From the IMG/VR virus record IMGVR_UViG_3300021400_001148, positions 290,810-354,809 of that record: 64,000 nucleotides of DNA. One strand, 5' to 3'. The notes under the pieces were generated by a model, which saw nothing but the letters and a program-made list of their open reading frames with translations, made no database searches and was not told where the DNA came from. This stretch comes from a virus (Duplodnaviria > Caudoviricetes). This document shows, one piece after another, positions 9,622 through 18,710 of this stretch. The stretch's first letter is position 1, and each line of letters opens with the position of its first letter. The translations under genes and the position numbers were made by a program.

Positions 9622-11079
9622 ATGGAGAAAATCAATAAAAATAACTTAAAGTTTCTAGGGGAAGAGTATCAGGAAAAACTGGTCAAGACCTTTATCGAAG
9701 ACCCTAAATTCTTCGAGAAAATGGAGTCTATTGTTGACCAGAATATGTTCACTGAAGCACCGCTGAAGAACATAGTCAGGATAATGAAAAACTACTTCGC
9801 AGAGAAGAGTGTTGCACCTGACTATGTGATGATAAATACCATTCTCGGAACCAATAATGTAGATGAAATATCTCTGCAGATAGAAAGGGAGCGACTTCAA
9901 AAAATCAAAACAGAGGTCAGCCTTTCAGGGTATGAGAAAGTGAAAGAAATCGCCGAGCGGTTCTTCAAGCAACAGAACATGATTAAGGTTGCGAACAAGG
10001 TCCTTAAAATAGCCGGCGACGGAGATATTGACCGTTTTGAGGAATGCAAGAACGAGTTCGAAAAAGTAGTTGAACTTACGGCAGACGATGACCTTGGTGT
10101 GGACCCTCTCGGAAATCTTGATGAGACTCTTTCTTCTGAGAGCGTTGAGTTTGTTCCTACTGGAATCCCCGAACTTGATGCTGAACTCGGTGGTGGTCTT
10201 GACAAGGGAAAATTAGGCCTTGTCATTGGCCCTACGGGATTTGGTAAAACCACTATGATGACCGCGTTTGCTTACAACGCAGCCGTACAGGGTAAAAAGG
10301 TTCTGCAGATAATCTTCGAAGACGATATTATTGATATTCGTAGAAAATTCGCTTCGAGACTTTCTAGCACAGAGGCATTTATGATTAAGACTGCAGCAGA
10401 ACGCGGTGGTCTTACTGATGCCCAGAGGGCACAATTGCGAGCTACGATAGACGGGAGTCCCGAGCAGAAAATGCTTCGCGAAAACATCAGAATCAAACGA
10501 TTCCTCCCCGGCGGCGGAACAACTGCAACCGATATTATCAACCACATTAAAAAGGAGATTAACAGCGGTTTCATACCTGACATGGTGACAATAGACTACT
10601 TTGAACCTATTGACCATGAGAGAGGGACTGGAAATCTTAGTGAGTGGTCGCAGGAAGGCGTGACAATGCGTAAACTTGAAGGCGCTGCCAAGGAACTCAA
10701 TATAGCAATCTGGATTCCTTCACAGGGTGGGCGAGATAGTTTCGCTGCAGAACTTGTGACAATGTCAATGGGCGGTGGTTCCATCAAGAAGCAGCAGATT
10801 GCACAGGTTATTCTTTCAATCACCCGTTCTCTTAATGACCTCGCCAACGCAACTGCCACAATCACCCTTCTTAAGAACCGTGCTGGCCGTTCAGGAAAAA
10901 CATTCTCCGGCATTTATTTCGATAACGGACAATGCGTTATCAGTTTTAGTGGTGTGAAGGTTTATGATGATTTAAAGGCTTACAAGAACGGGGAGAAGGA
11001 TGCTGAGGCTGAGGCCACAAGGGAATATTCCACTGAATATTTCCATAGTCAGAAGGAGAATGATGACCCGTTTATATAG
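9622..11079 (+). CDS. DnaB/gp41-like replicative helicase
   Basis: Walker A GPTGFGKT; IDY; SQ; KNRAG. Confidence 0.9.
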   Translation: MEKINKNNLKFLGEEYQEKLVKTFIEDPKFFEKMESIVDQNMFTEAPLKNIVRIMKNYFAEKSVAPDYVMINTILGTNNVDEISLQIERERLQKIKTEVSLSGYEKVKEIAERFFKQQNMIKVANKVLKIAGDGDIDRFEECKNEFEKVVELTADDDLGVDPLGNLDETLSSESVEFVPTGIPELDAELGGGLDKGKLGLVIGPTGFGKTTMMTAFAYNAAVQGKKVLQIIFEDDIIDIRRKFASRLSSTEAFMIKTAAERGGLTDAQRAQLRATIDGSPEQKMLRENIRIKRFLPGGGTTATDIINHIKKEINSGFIPDMVTIDYFEPIDHERGTGNLSEWSQEGVTMRKLEGAAKELNIAIWIPSQGGRDSFAAELVTMSMGGGSIKKQQIAQVILSITRSLNDLANATATITLLKNRAGRSGKTFSGIYFDNGQCVISFSGVKVYDDLKAYKNGEKDAEAEATREYSTEYFHSQKENDDPFI

Positions 11080-11229
11080 TAAAAAAATTTTTTGAATTGT
11101 AATGAGACGAGTGTCAGTTACTTGACACTTTTCTCGTTTTCATAAGTGGAAGTAAGGGTAGAAAACTTGTTCTTCTTTGGTATTTATGATTACCTTTCGA
11201 AAGAACAATAAAGATAAAATATATACAAT

Positions 11230-13428
11230 ATGGAAGTAAGAAAAAGCGATGGCCTCGTTGAAGAGTATTCGAGGGATAAAATTAGAAAAGGCATTTGTGA
11301 AGCATATAAAACTGCTGGCGAGAAGTGTGAAGATATCATTCTCGAAAATATAATTAATGGCCTTTTCGTTTATGAGGGCATGTCCACGGCGGAAGTACGC
11401 AGGCAGGTTGAAGAAGCCCTGATGTCAATAAATAAGAAGGTGGCCAAGGCATATATCGAAAACAATGATGATAGGAAAGACCTTAATAAAAAACGCGACT
11501 TTATCAAAGAATATATAAATGCCTCTAATGCCGCTACCGGCTCAAAGTTTGACTCAAATGCAAATGTAACAAATAAGAACATCGTTACACTGGGCCAAGA
11601 ATTATATAAAGAGAATAATATTAAGCAGAATCGCTACATTCTTACAGACAAAATACGGAAGATGTATTCCAAAAAACTGGCTGACCAGTATTTGGAAGAC
11701 CTTCAAAGTCATGTTCTTTATAAGCACGATGAGAGTGGGACTCCGGGGTATGCTTATTGCGTCGCGATTACAATGTATCCGTTCCTTGTTGATGGTTTAA
11801 AAAAACTTGGAGGGGTGTCGGTTGCCCCCACCGATTTAAGGTCATTTTGCGGTGAGTTCATCAATCTTGTTTATTCTGTAAGTTCTCAGTTTATGGGTGC
11901 TGTTGCCACACCTGAGTTCTTGATGTATATGGACTATTTTATCCGTAAGGATTATGGGGAAGATTACCTTGAGCGACTTAACGATGTTGTTGACCTCACA
12001 GCAAAGAAGAGAACACTTGTAAAGGTTATTGACAATGCATTCCAACAGGTTGTACACTCAATGAATATGCCCGCCGGAAACCGTGGCTACCAAACTGTCT
12101 TTTGGAATATAAGTTATTTTGATAAGGCATATTTTGAAGGTGTTTTTGGCGATTTTGTGTTCCCTGATGGGACAAAGCCAAAATGGGAGACTCTTTCTTG
12201 GCTTCAAAAACATTTTATGAAGTGGTTCAATAAAGAGCGCGAAAAATATATACTTACATTCCCCGTGGAGACTATGGCACTTCTCACAGATGGCGGAACT
12301 GATTTTGTAGATAAAGAATACGCCGATTTTACGGCTGAAATGTGGGCTGATGGGCACAGTTTCTTTTGCTATCTGTCGGATAGTCCTGATTCTTTGAGTT
12401 CATGCTGTCGTTTGAGAAACAGTTTGAAAGACCTTGATAATACCGACGAAGAGCATAATCATACCACACATCAGTATTCAATGGGTACTGCATCAGTCTC
12501 AACTGGTTCAAAATCTGTTATGTCAATGAATCTTCCAAGAATAGTCCAAAATGCAACAAGAAGATACTTTGCTAATGAACTTGGTATTACTCTTGAAGAT
12601 GGAAAAAATATACCAGAAAATGGTGTGAAATACGACAAGGATAAACTTTATGCATATATTCGTGAAGACATTAAGGAGCAGACAGACAGAATTCACAAGT
12701 ACCAGGTAGCATTTAATGAAACTATCAGTGATTTCCTTAAGGCCGGTATGCTTGATGTTTATAATGCTGGTTTCATTGACATGAGGAAACAATACCTGAC
12801 AGTAGGTGTAAATGGAATTACCGATGCCGCTGAATTTTTAGGAATTAAAGTTGATGCTAATGATGAGTACAAAGAGTTTGTGAATAACATTCTCGAAACC
12901 ATCAACATCGAGAACCGTAAAGACAAGACCAGGGATTGCATGTTCAACACTGAATTTGTACCTGCCGAAAACCTTTCCGCGAAGAATTACAAATGGGATA
13001 AAAAAGACGGCTATTGGGTAAGCCCTAACAGGAATCTTTATAGCTCGTATTTCTACAATCCAGAGGATAATGAAGTAAGTGTGTTGCAGAAAATGGAATT
13101 GCACGGAAAAGAATATGTTAAATATCTCGATGGTGGAAGTGCTTTTCATTGTAACCTCCAAGAGCATTTATCAAAAGAGCAATATCGCCAGCTTTTAAGT
13201 GCCGCAGCGGGCAAAGGATGCAATTACTTTACATTCAATGTAAGAAACACCGTCTGCAATGATTGTGGGTATATTTCAAAGCATACATTAGATAAATGCC
13301 CTCATTGTGGAAGTACGAATTTGGATTATCTGACTAGGGTTATTGGATATTTGAAACGAATTTCTTCCTTTGGTGAACCTAGGCAAATAGAGGCAAAACG
13401 AAGATTTTATCATAAAGATAATTTTTAA
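11230..13428 (+). CDS. nrdD: class III anaerobic ribonucleotide reductase
   Basis: ATP cone; SSCCRL; C-terminal CxxC..CxxC and glycyl-radical loop TRVIGY. Confidence 0.95.
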   Translation: MEVRKSDGLVEEYSRDKIRKGICEAYKTAGEKCEDIILENIINGLFVYEGMSTAEVRRQVEEALMSINKKVAKAYIENNDDRKDLNKKRDFIKEYINASNAATGSKFDSNANVTNKNIVTLGQELYKENNIKQNRYILTDKIRKMYSKKLADQYLEDLQSHVLYKHDESGTPGYAYCVAITMYPFLVDGLKKLGGVSVAPTDLRSFCGEFINLVYSVSSQFMGAVATPEFLMYMDYFIRKDYGEDYLERLNDVVDLTAKKRTLVKVIDNAFQQVVHSMNMPAGNRGYQTVFWNISYFDKAYFEGVFGDFVFPDGTKPKWETLSWLQKHFMKWFNKEREKYILTFPVETMALLTDGGTDFVDKEYADFTAEMWADGHSFFCYLSDSPDSLSSCCRLRNSLKDLDNTDEEHNHTTHQYSMGTASVSTGSKSVMSMNLPRIVQNATRRYFANELGITLEDGKNIPENGVKYDKDKLYAYIREDIKEQTDRIHKYQVAFNETISDFLKAGMLDVYNAGFIDMRKQYLTVGVNGITDAAEFLGIKVDANDEYKEFVNNILETINIENRKDKTRDCMFNTEFVPAENLSAKNYKWDKKDGYWVSPNRNLYSSYFYNPEDNEVSVLQKMELHGKEYVKYLDGGSAFHCNLQEHLSKEQYRQLLSAAAGKGCNYFTFNVRNTVCNDCGYISKHTLDKCPHCGSTNLDYLTRVIGYLKRISSFGEPRQIEAKRRFYHKDNF

Positions 13429-13448
13429 AAACATAGTTTAATTGATGT

Positions 13449-13479
13449 ACTCCCCATGGATAAAGTCTGTGGGGAGTTT
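13449..13479 (+). terminator. intrinsic terminator
   Basis: ACTCCCCA/TGGGGAGT stem. Confidence 0.65.
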
Positions 13480-13527
13480 AAATATCACAAGAAAAGAAGT
13501 TTTTGTATATTTGTAAAAAACCAATTT

Positions 13528-14253
13528 ATGTTTACAACTATTTTGAAAGAAAACATATTTAAGCACAAAACTGAAGGTTATAAATTGTGTTATATTGATG
13601 AGATACCTGAAACCTATTCTGACTGGTCTCCTGAGACATTGGAGTGGATGAAGACCGACGAATACAAAAGGTTGAGAGCGGAGAGGGAAGCAATCCGCGA
13701 GGCAGCAATTAAGGAGAAGGGTTATTACACTGAACGGTACGACTGGAATGATTACTATAACCAAAAACATGTCTTGCAGGACTACCCTAATGAAGACTTT
13801 GTAAGAGGAAAACAGGAGTTTTATGCTTATTTCACACCAATGTTTCTTGATGAACAGTGGGGTGATGATTGGGACGATGCTCCGTACGAACATAATGCCG
13901 GGGTTCCTTATGATGACATAATACTGGAAAGTAAACCACTGGAGAAGTTTGGAAATTTGAGTGTGGTGACCAAGAAAAAGGAATATGAAATCATACGGGT
14001 TCCGTTTTATATTCCATCAGGTGGCTGGGATGTAATGTTACCCAAAGACTGGGGTGGTTTAAACTCGCCGTTCTGTGTCAGGGACATCAACGCCGGTGCG
14101 GTGGCTTGGATTTTTGCACGCGGTCCGGAAGGGAAAAGTTCAGGCGGCGCAATAAGTATTCTTGCTGGATGTAGCCCGGAAGAGTTTGCTGAAAAAATAG
14201 GAAAAATTAACGAAATGTATCCGTACGTTCCGGAGGATGAGGAGGAGGAGTAA
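13528..14253 (+). CDS. phage hypothetical protein (WGDDWDDAPYEHNAG motif)
   Basis: ORF after promoter at ~13505; start moved to the ATG downstream of the promoter. Confidence 0.65.
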   Translation: MFTTILKENIFKHKTEGYKLCYIDEIPETYSDWSPETLEWMKTDEYKRLRAEREAIREAAIKEKGYYTERYDWNDYYNQKHVLQDYPNEDFVRGKQEFYAYFTPMFLDEQWGDDWDDAPYEHNAGVPYDDIILESKPLEKFGNLSVVTKKKEYEIIRVPFYIPSGGWDVMLPKDWGGLNSPFCVRDINAGAVAWIFARGPEGKSSGGAISILAGCSPEEFAEKIGKINEMYPYVPEDEEEE

Positions 14254-14255
14254 CA

Positions 14256-14768
14256 ATGATTAAGTATTTACCAAATACAGTATCTGTCGTTTTTGAGGAA
14301 ATTCCTGATATGGTGACGCTTATGATAGAAATAACCCAGTGCCAGAATAATTGCGAGGGTTGTCACAGCCCGTGGCTTAAACAGGATATCGGGGAGGAAC
14401 TGACGGAGGATAAATTGAGAGAAATAATTGAAAAAAACAAGGGTGTGAATTGTCTGCTTTTCTCCGGTGAGGGCAAAGACCCCTTGACACTTGTGAAACT
14501 GGCGAAGATTGGAAAGGAGTGCGGATTGAAAACCGGTGTATACAGTGGGCGTGAAACCATCCCCTATGAAGAGGCTTTGATGTATACAGATGCCTTCGAT
14601 TATATTAAGATTGGGCCGTATGTTAAAAAATGGGGGCCACTTAATAATGAGTGTACCAATCAACACCTTTATTATAAGAATCTGGGCCTCGAAACAGTTC
14701 TTTTTGATGGACAGCCATTTATCGGGTGGACTGATATAACATACAAGTTTTGGAAAAGAAAAATCTAA
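14256..14768 (+). CDS. nrdG: anaerobic RNR activase (radical SAM)
   Basis: CQNNCEGCH, YIKIGPY, TNQ; near nrdD. Confidence 0.9.
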   Translation: MIKYLPNTVSVVFEEIPDMVTLMIEITQCQNNCEGCHSPWLKQDIGEELTEDKLREIIEKNKGVNCLLFSGEGKDPLTLVKLAKIGKECGLKTGVYSGRETIPYEEALMYTDAFDYIKIGPYVKKWGPLNNECTNQHLYYKNLGLETVLFDGQPFIGWTDITYKFWKRKI

Positions 14769-14944
14769 TGTATTTTGTCAAAAAAACAGAAAAATTGACA
14801 AAATTGTTTAAAACTATCAAAAACCAGTACTTTTGGTGTTTTTCGTTCTGAAATCTGTGCCGAAGGGATACAAAATATTTTCAGAAAACTTTCGAGACCT
14901 CGGGAATTAAGCCCGAGGTTTTCTATTTATAGGAAAAAAGAAGT

Positions 14945-15307
14945 ATGAAAAAATTCCTGAACATACTATTAGTGTTCCTTATCGGCGCGGCAATTTCGTC
15001 CTGCTGCCTTTTTAGGAAGGTCCCTCAGAAACAGACCACGGATATGGTACTTGCCGGGAGTATGAAAATTGTTTATGAAAGGGACTTCAATCCTTACCAG
15101 TTTGATTCCCTGTGCGTGGCAGATACTATACCGCAACTCCTCACCAAGTGGAGGAAATCTAACATTTATGATTATGAGACACAGAAGTCAATAGACGAGT
15201 ACTTGTATATTAAGCGGCTCGGGACAAATGAATCAATTTATAGACTCATACTGAAAGATGAAGAAACTTATAATGTTCGTAAGAGGATTGTTTATGAAAC
15301 AAAGTAA
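14945..15307 (+). CDS. lipoprotein
   Basis: Signal peptide ending ISSC. Confidence 0.65.
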   Translation: MKKFLNILLVFLIGAAISSCCLFRKVPQKQTTDMVLAGSMKIVYERDFNPYQFDSLCVADTIPQLLTKWRKSNIYDYETQKSIDEYLYIKRLGTNESIYRLILKDEETYNVRKRIVYETK

Positions 15308-15935
15308 ACCTAAAACCCTTGGATGCACTCCATCGAAACTCGATGGGACTGAGCATATATATGATATTCCGGATACACTTGAACTTCCGGAAGAGTATGA
15401 TTTTCGCAAGTATCTTTCAAAAATACTTGACCAAGGTTCTCAGCCGATATGTGTGCCGTGTTCCCTTTCCACTTGGATAAATTGGAGGGTTAACTTGGAG
15501 GACGGTTCAACCAAAGATAATGGCGTCAGCCTTGCTCAGATTTTCAACAATGCCGGCGGCTCCAGTGATGGTATGACCTATAAGGATGCTCTTTCATATC
15601 TCCGGCACAAGGGTGTTTATACCAAAACGGCTGGAAACATCAAAATTAAAGAGTATGCGATGATAAAAAACATTGTATCACTGAAGGATGCTATTATAGC
15701 GAACGGCCCGTGTTTCGGGGCACTTCCTGTTTATGATGATACTGGTTATGAAAAGTTCTGGGATAAAAAAAGAGGATACCTTAAAGGTGGGCACGCAGTT
15801 GCCGTTGTGGGATGGACAAAGGAAGGTTTCGTGATAAGGAATTCGTGGGGTACAAGTTTTGGTAAGAAGGGTTATACAATATTACCTTATAATGAATTCG
15901 GAACACTTTTGGAACTTTGGACAATAGTTGCTTAA
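15294..15935 (+). CDS. papain-like (C1) cysteine peptidase
   Basis: DQG...ICV (Cys), GGHAV (His), RNSWG (Asn). Confidence 0.85.
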   Translation: MKQSKPKTLGCTPSKLDGTEHIYDIPDTLELPEEYDFRKYLSKILDQGSQPICVPCSLSTWINWRVNLEDGSTKDNGVSLAQIFNNAGGSSDGMTYKDALSYLRHKGVYTKTAGNIKIKEYAMIKNIVSLKDAIIANGPCFGALPVYDDTGYEKFWDKKRGYLKGGHAVAVVGWTKEGFVIRNSWGTSFGKKGYTILPYNEFGTLLELWTIVA

Positions 15936-16039
15936 CATAGGACGGGCCGTGAGGTCCGTTTTTCTTTACATTTACGCCCTTTTCTTGTATTTTCTAAGGA
16001 GAAAAAGAACACTGGATATTTATTGTAAAAACTCCTTAA

Positions 16040-16435
16040 ATGGCTAGAAGAAAACAATATTATGGCATAAGGTTTCCTTTTACGAAGGAAAATAATGACG
16101 AGGTTTTCCTTGATTTGAACAAGGACTTCGTCGAAAAGGCTAAGAGTGAAATGTTTCATCTCATTTTCACCCCAAAAGGCCAGCGGTATCGTATGCCTGA
16201 TTTCGGAACCCGTCTTATTGATTATATTTTTGATAGTAATATTGATGTCTCCTTTGCAGACATAAAAAGTGAAATCAGAACTGCCATGGAAAAATATGTT
16301 CCCTCTGTCACCTTGAATGATATTGAGGTTTTCCGTGAGGAGGATGATGACCACACGGCGTATGCCGATATAAAGTTTACAGTGAAAGACGGAAACCTTT
16401 CGACTGGTGTATTAGAGACAAGAATTAAGATATAA
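16040..16435 (+). CDS. baseplate wedge protein, gp25-like
   Basis: T.KGQRY.MPDFGT.L...IF, KYVP motif. Confidence 0.85.
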   Translation: MARRKQYYGIRFPFTKENNDEVFLDLNKDFVEKAKSEMFHLIFTPKGQRYRMPDFGTRLIDYIFDSNIDVSFADIKSEIRTAMEKYVPSVTLNDIEVFREEDDDHTAYADIKFTVKDGNLSTGVLETRIKI

Positions 16436-18444
16436 TGGAAAAGAAAATATCATACTTAAATAGGAATTTTGATGATTACAGGCAAGCCCTCATAGACTTT
16501 ACAAGGGAGTATTATCCAACTATGAGCGACACTTTCAATGATGCGTCTATTGGGTCATGGCTCATTGATATTGTTGCCGGTGTATCTGACAACCTTTCTT
16601 TCCTCGCAGACAAAGTTTATCAAGAGACTTCGGTAAACAGTGCACAACAGATGATGTCCCTTATGAATCTGGCAAGAAGCAAGGGCTTGAAAATACCGGG
16701 CCCTAAATCTTCTGTTGCAGAGGTTGAAATCACTTGCGTTCTTCCAGTTAACACTATAAATCCCAATTCTGCATCGACCACAAGGGTTCCATCGTGGGAA
16801 TATGCACCATATTTGAAAAAGGGGATGCAATTTTCCGCCGGGGCCCAAATCTTCGAACTTTATGAGGATGTGGATTTCGGAAACCCGTTCGACAGCAACG
16901 GTTTCGGAGACAGGACCATCAGGGAGAACAGGAATTCCAATGGTGTCATCGTAAGTTACACAATTGGAAAAAGAGGTATTGTGGTCAGTGGTGAAAGTAA
17001 GGTTTTCAGAAAGGTTCTTAGAAGTAGTGATATTGTGCCGTTTATGGAAGTTATCATACCAGACAGCGGTGTAATGAATGTTGAGAGTATTATTGTAAAA
17101 GATGGAACAGACTATCTTTCAGACCCGGATACAACTGAGTTTGAATTTCTGGAAGAGTATACATCAGCAGAAAACAATAGGGCTGGCCGTGTTCCTGTTT
17201 ATAGATTCTTTGAAGTGGATTCTTTATCAGACCAGACAAGATGGGGTGAGGTTACGAAGGCTGACGGCAATCCTGAAATATACCAATATGGTTTCCTCAC
17301 ATCCAACGGAACGGTTCCGGCATATTCAATCACCAAGGGTGAATGGAAACCTATCAAACAAAAGTTCATCACTGAGTTTACCGACAAGGGGTATTTGAAA
17401 GTGATTTTCGGAGCCGGTACCGCTGAGGGCCAGAACATAGATTACAGTAATGCCTCGAGTTTCGGAAAATACCAAATTTCAAAACTGATAAACAATGACA
17501 GTCTTGGTGTTTTACCGAATGCCGGGATGACTCTTTTCATAAAGTACCGCGTTGGCGGTGGCCTTGAATCAAATGTTGCCGAGGGAGCAATCAGCACCAT
17601 AGTTTCTTATGATATGTTTGTTTCCTGCCAGAATGGTGCTGCCATTGACAATACCATCGTGGATGCTGTGAGAAACTCATTGTCGGTCAGGAATGTAACC
17701 CCTTCACTTTCGGGTAAGGATATGCCTTCCGAGGCCGAGATAAGAAACCTTATCAAATACAACAACGGAGCACAAAACAGGTGTGTTACAGTTAAGGATT
17801 ACTACGAAAGAATTTTGAAGATGCCTCCGAAATATGGTACTCCTTTCCGTGTTGGTGTTGAGGAACTCAACAATAAAATCAGGATTGACCTTCTTGGGAT
17901 TGATACGGAAAGGCACCTCAGCGATTTGCTTCCGGATTTCTTGGTAAGGAACATTGCTGACTACCTTTCGGAATACAAGATGATTAACGACGCGGTGGAG
18001 ATTTTCCCGGGGCGAATCATCAACATTTCAGTAGAGGCGGACATTTATATCGCAAAGGATTACAATACAACAAATGTGGTGAGAAATGTAATTTCCACTA
18101 TCAGGGATTATATGGACATTTCCAAACACCATATGGGTGAAGATATCTACATCAGTGACATTGTGAAAGAAGTGATGAAAATAGACGGCGTACTCAGTGT
18201 GAAAGAGATAAGGGTTTACAATGAAACGGGGGCCGACTATTCAAACACCCAGACAAGTCTTCCTGAGTACAGGGTTGAGACATGCGACGATACTGATGAA
18301 GATGTGTCGGATGATTCAGTTAATACCAACAGAAAACGCATTGACATCGACAGCCTTGAGGGTATCCTTTATTCCGATACTGATATGATGTATGAAATAA
18401 AGTACCCGGAGAAAGACATCAGGATTAAACCTAAAAACAGATAA
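16435..18444 (+). CDS. baseplate wedge protein, gp6/baseplate-J-like
   Basis: RNFDD, DNLSF, FG.G, YRVGGG..SNV, QNRCVT.KDY. Confidence 0.85.
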   Translation: MEKKISYLNRNFDDYRQALIDFTREYYPTMSDTFNDASIGSWLIDIVAGVSDNLSFLADKVYQETSVNSAQQMMSLMNLARSKGLKIPGPKSSVAEVEITCVLPVNTINPNSASTTRVPSWEYAPYLKKGMQFSAGAQIFELYEDVDFGNPFDSNGFGDRTIRENRNSNGVIVSYTIGKRGIVVSGESKVFRKVLRSSDIVPFMEVIIPDSGVMNVESIIVKDGTDYLSDPDTTEFEFLEEYTSAENNRAGRVPVYRFFEVDSLSDQTRWGEVTKADGNPEIYQYGFLTSNGTVPAYSITKGEWKPIKQKFITEFTDKGYLKVIFGAGTAEGQNIDYSNASSFGKYQISKLINNDSLGVLPNAGMTLFIKYRVGGGLESNVAEGAISTIVSYDMFVSCQNGAAIDNTIVDAVRNSLSVRNVTPSLSGKDMPSEAEIRNLIKYNNGAQNRCVTVKDYYERILKMPPKYGTPFRVGVEELNNKIRIDLLGIDTERHLSDLLPDFLVRNIADYLSEYKMINDAVEIFPGRIINISVEADIYIAKDYNTTNVVRNVISTIRDYMDISKHHMGEDIYISDIVKEVMKIDGVLSVKEIRVYNETGADYSNTQTSLPEYRVETCDDTDEDVSDDSVNTNRKRIDIDSLEGILYSDTDMMYEIKYPEKDIRIKPKNR

Positions 18445-18710
18445 TGGCCTGCAACTGTAAAACCAATGCCAAGTTAATAGAACTCGGGCTGAGGTATGGT
18501 ACTGGTGGTAAACTGACGAGAAAAGAAATACTCAAAAAGGATTTGAAAGGTATCCTTCTTTCAATCCTCTCTTTGCTTATTACTATTATAGTTTTACCAT
18601 TTATTGTCTTGTATGTTGTTTTTAAAGGCCTTTTTTCAAAGAATAAAGGCATCAATTTTAAAAAGATTTTCAGATTGAAACAAAATGTCAGAGAAGAACA
18701 AAACATATAG
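18444..18710 (+). CDS. small membrane protein with N-terminal MACNCK
   Basis: One long hydrophobic segment; translationally coupled. Confidence 0.6.
   Translation: MACNCKTNAKLIELGLRYGTGGKLTRKEILKKDLKGILLSILSLLITIIVLPFIVLYVVFKGLFSKNKGINFKKIFRLKQNVREEQNI

Noticed and set aside
9622-13428. inteins or introns in the helicase or nrdD
   Set aside because: Lengths and motif spacing are normal, and no splice-junction motifs are present.
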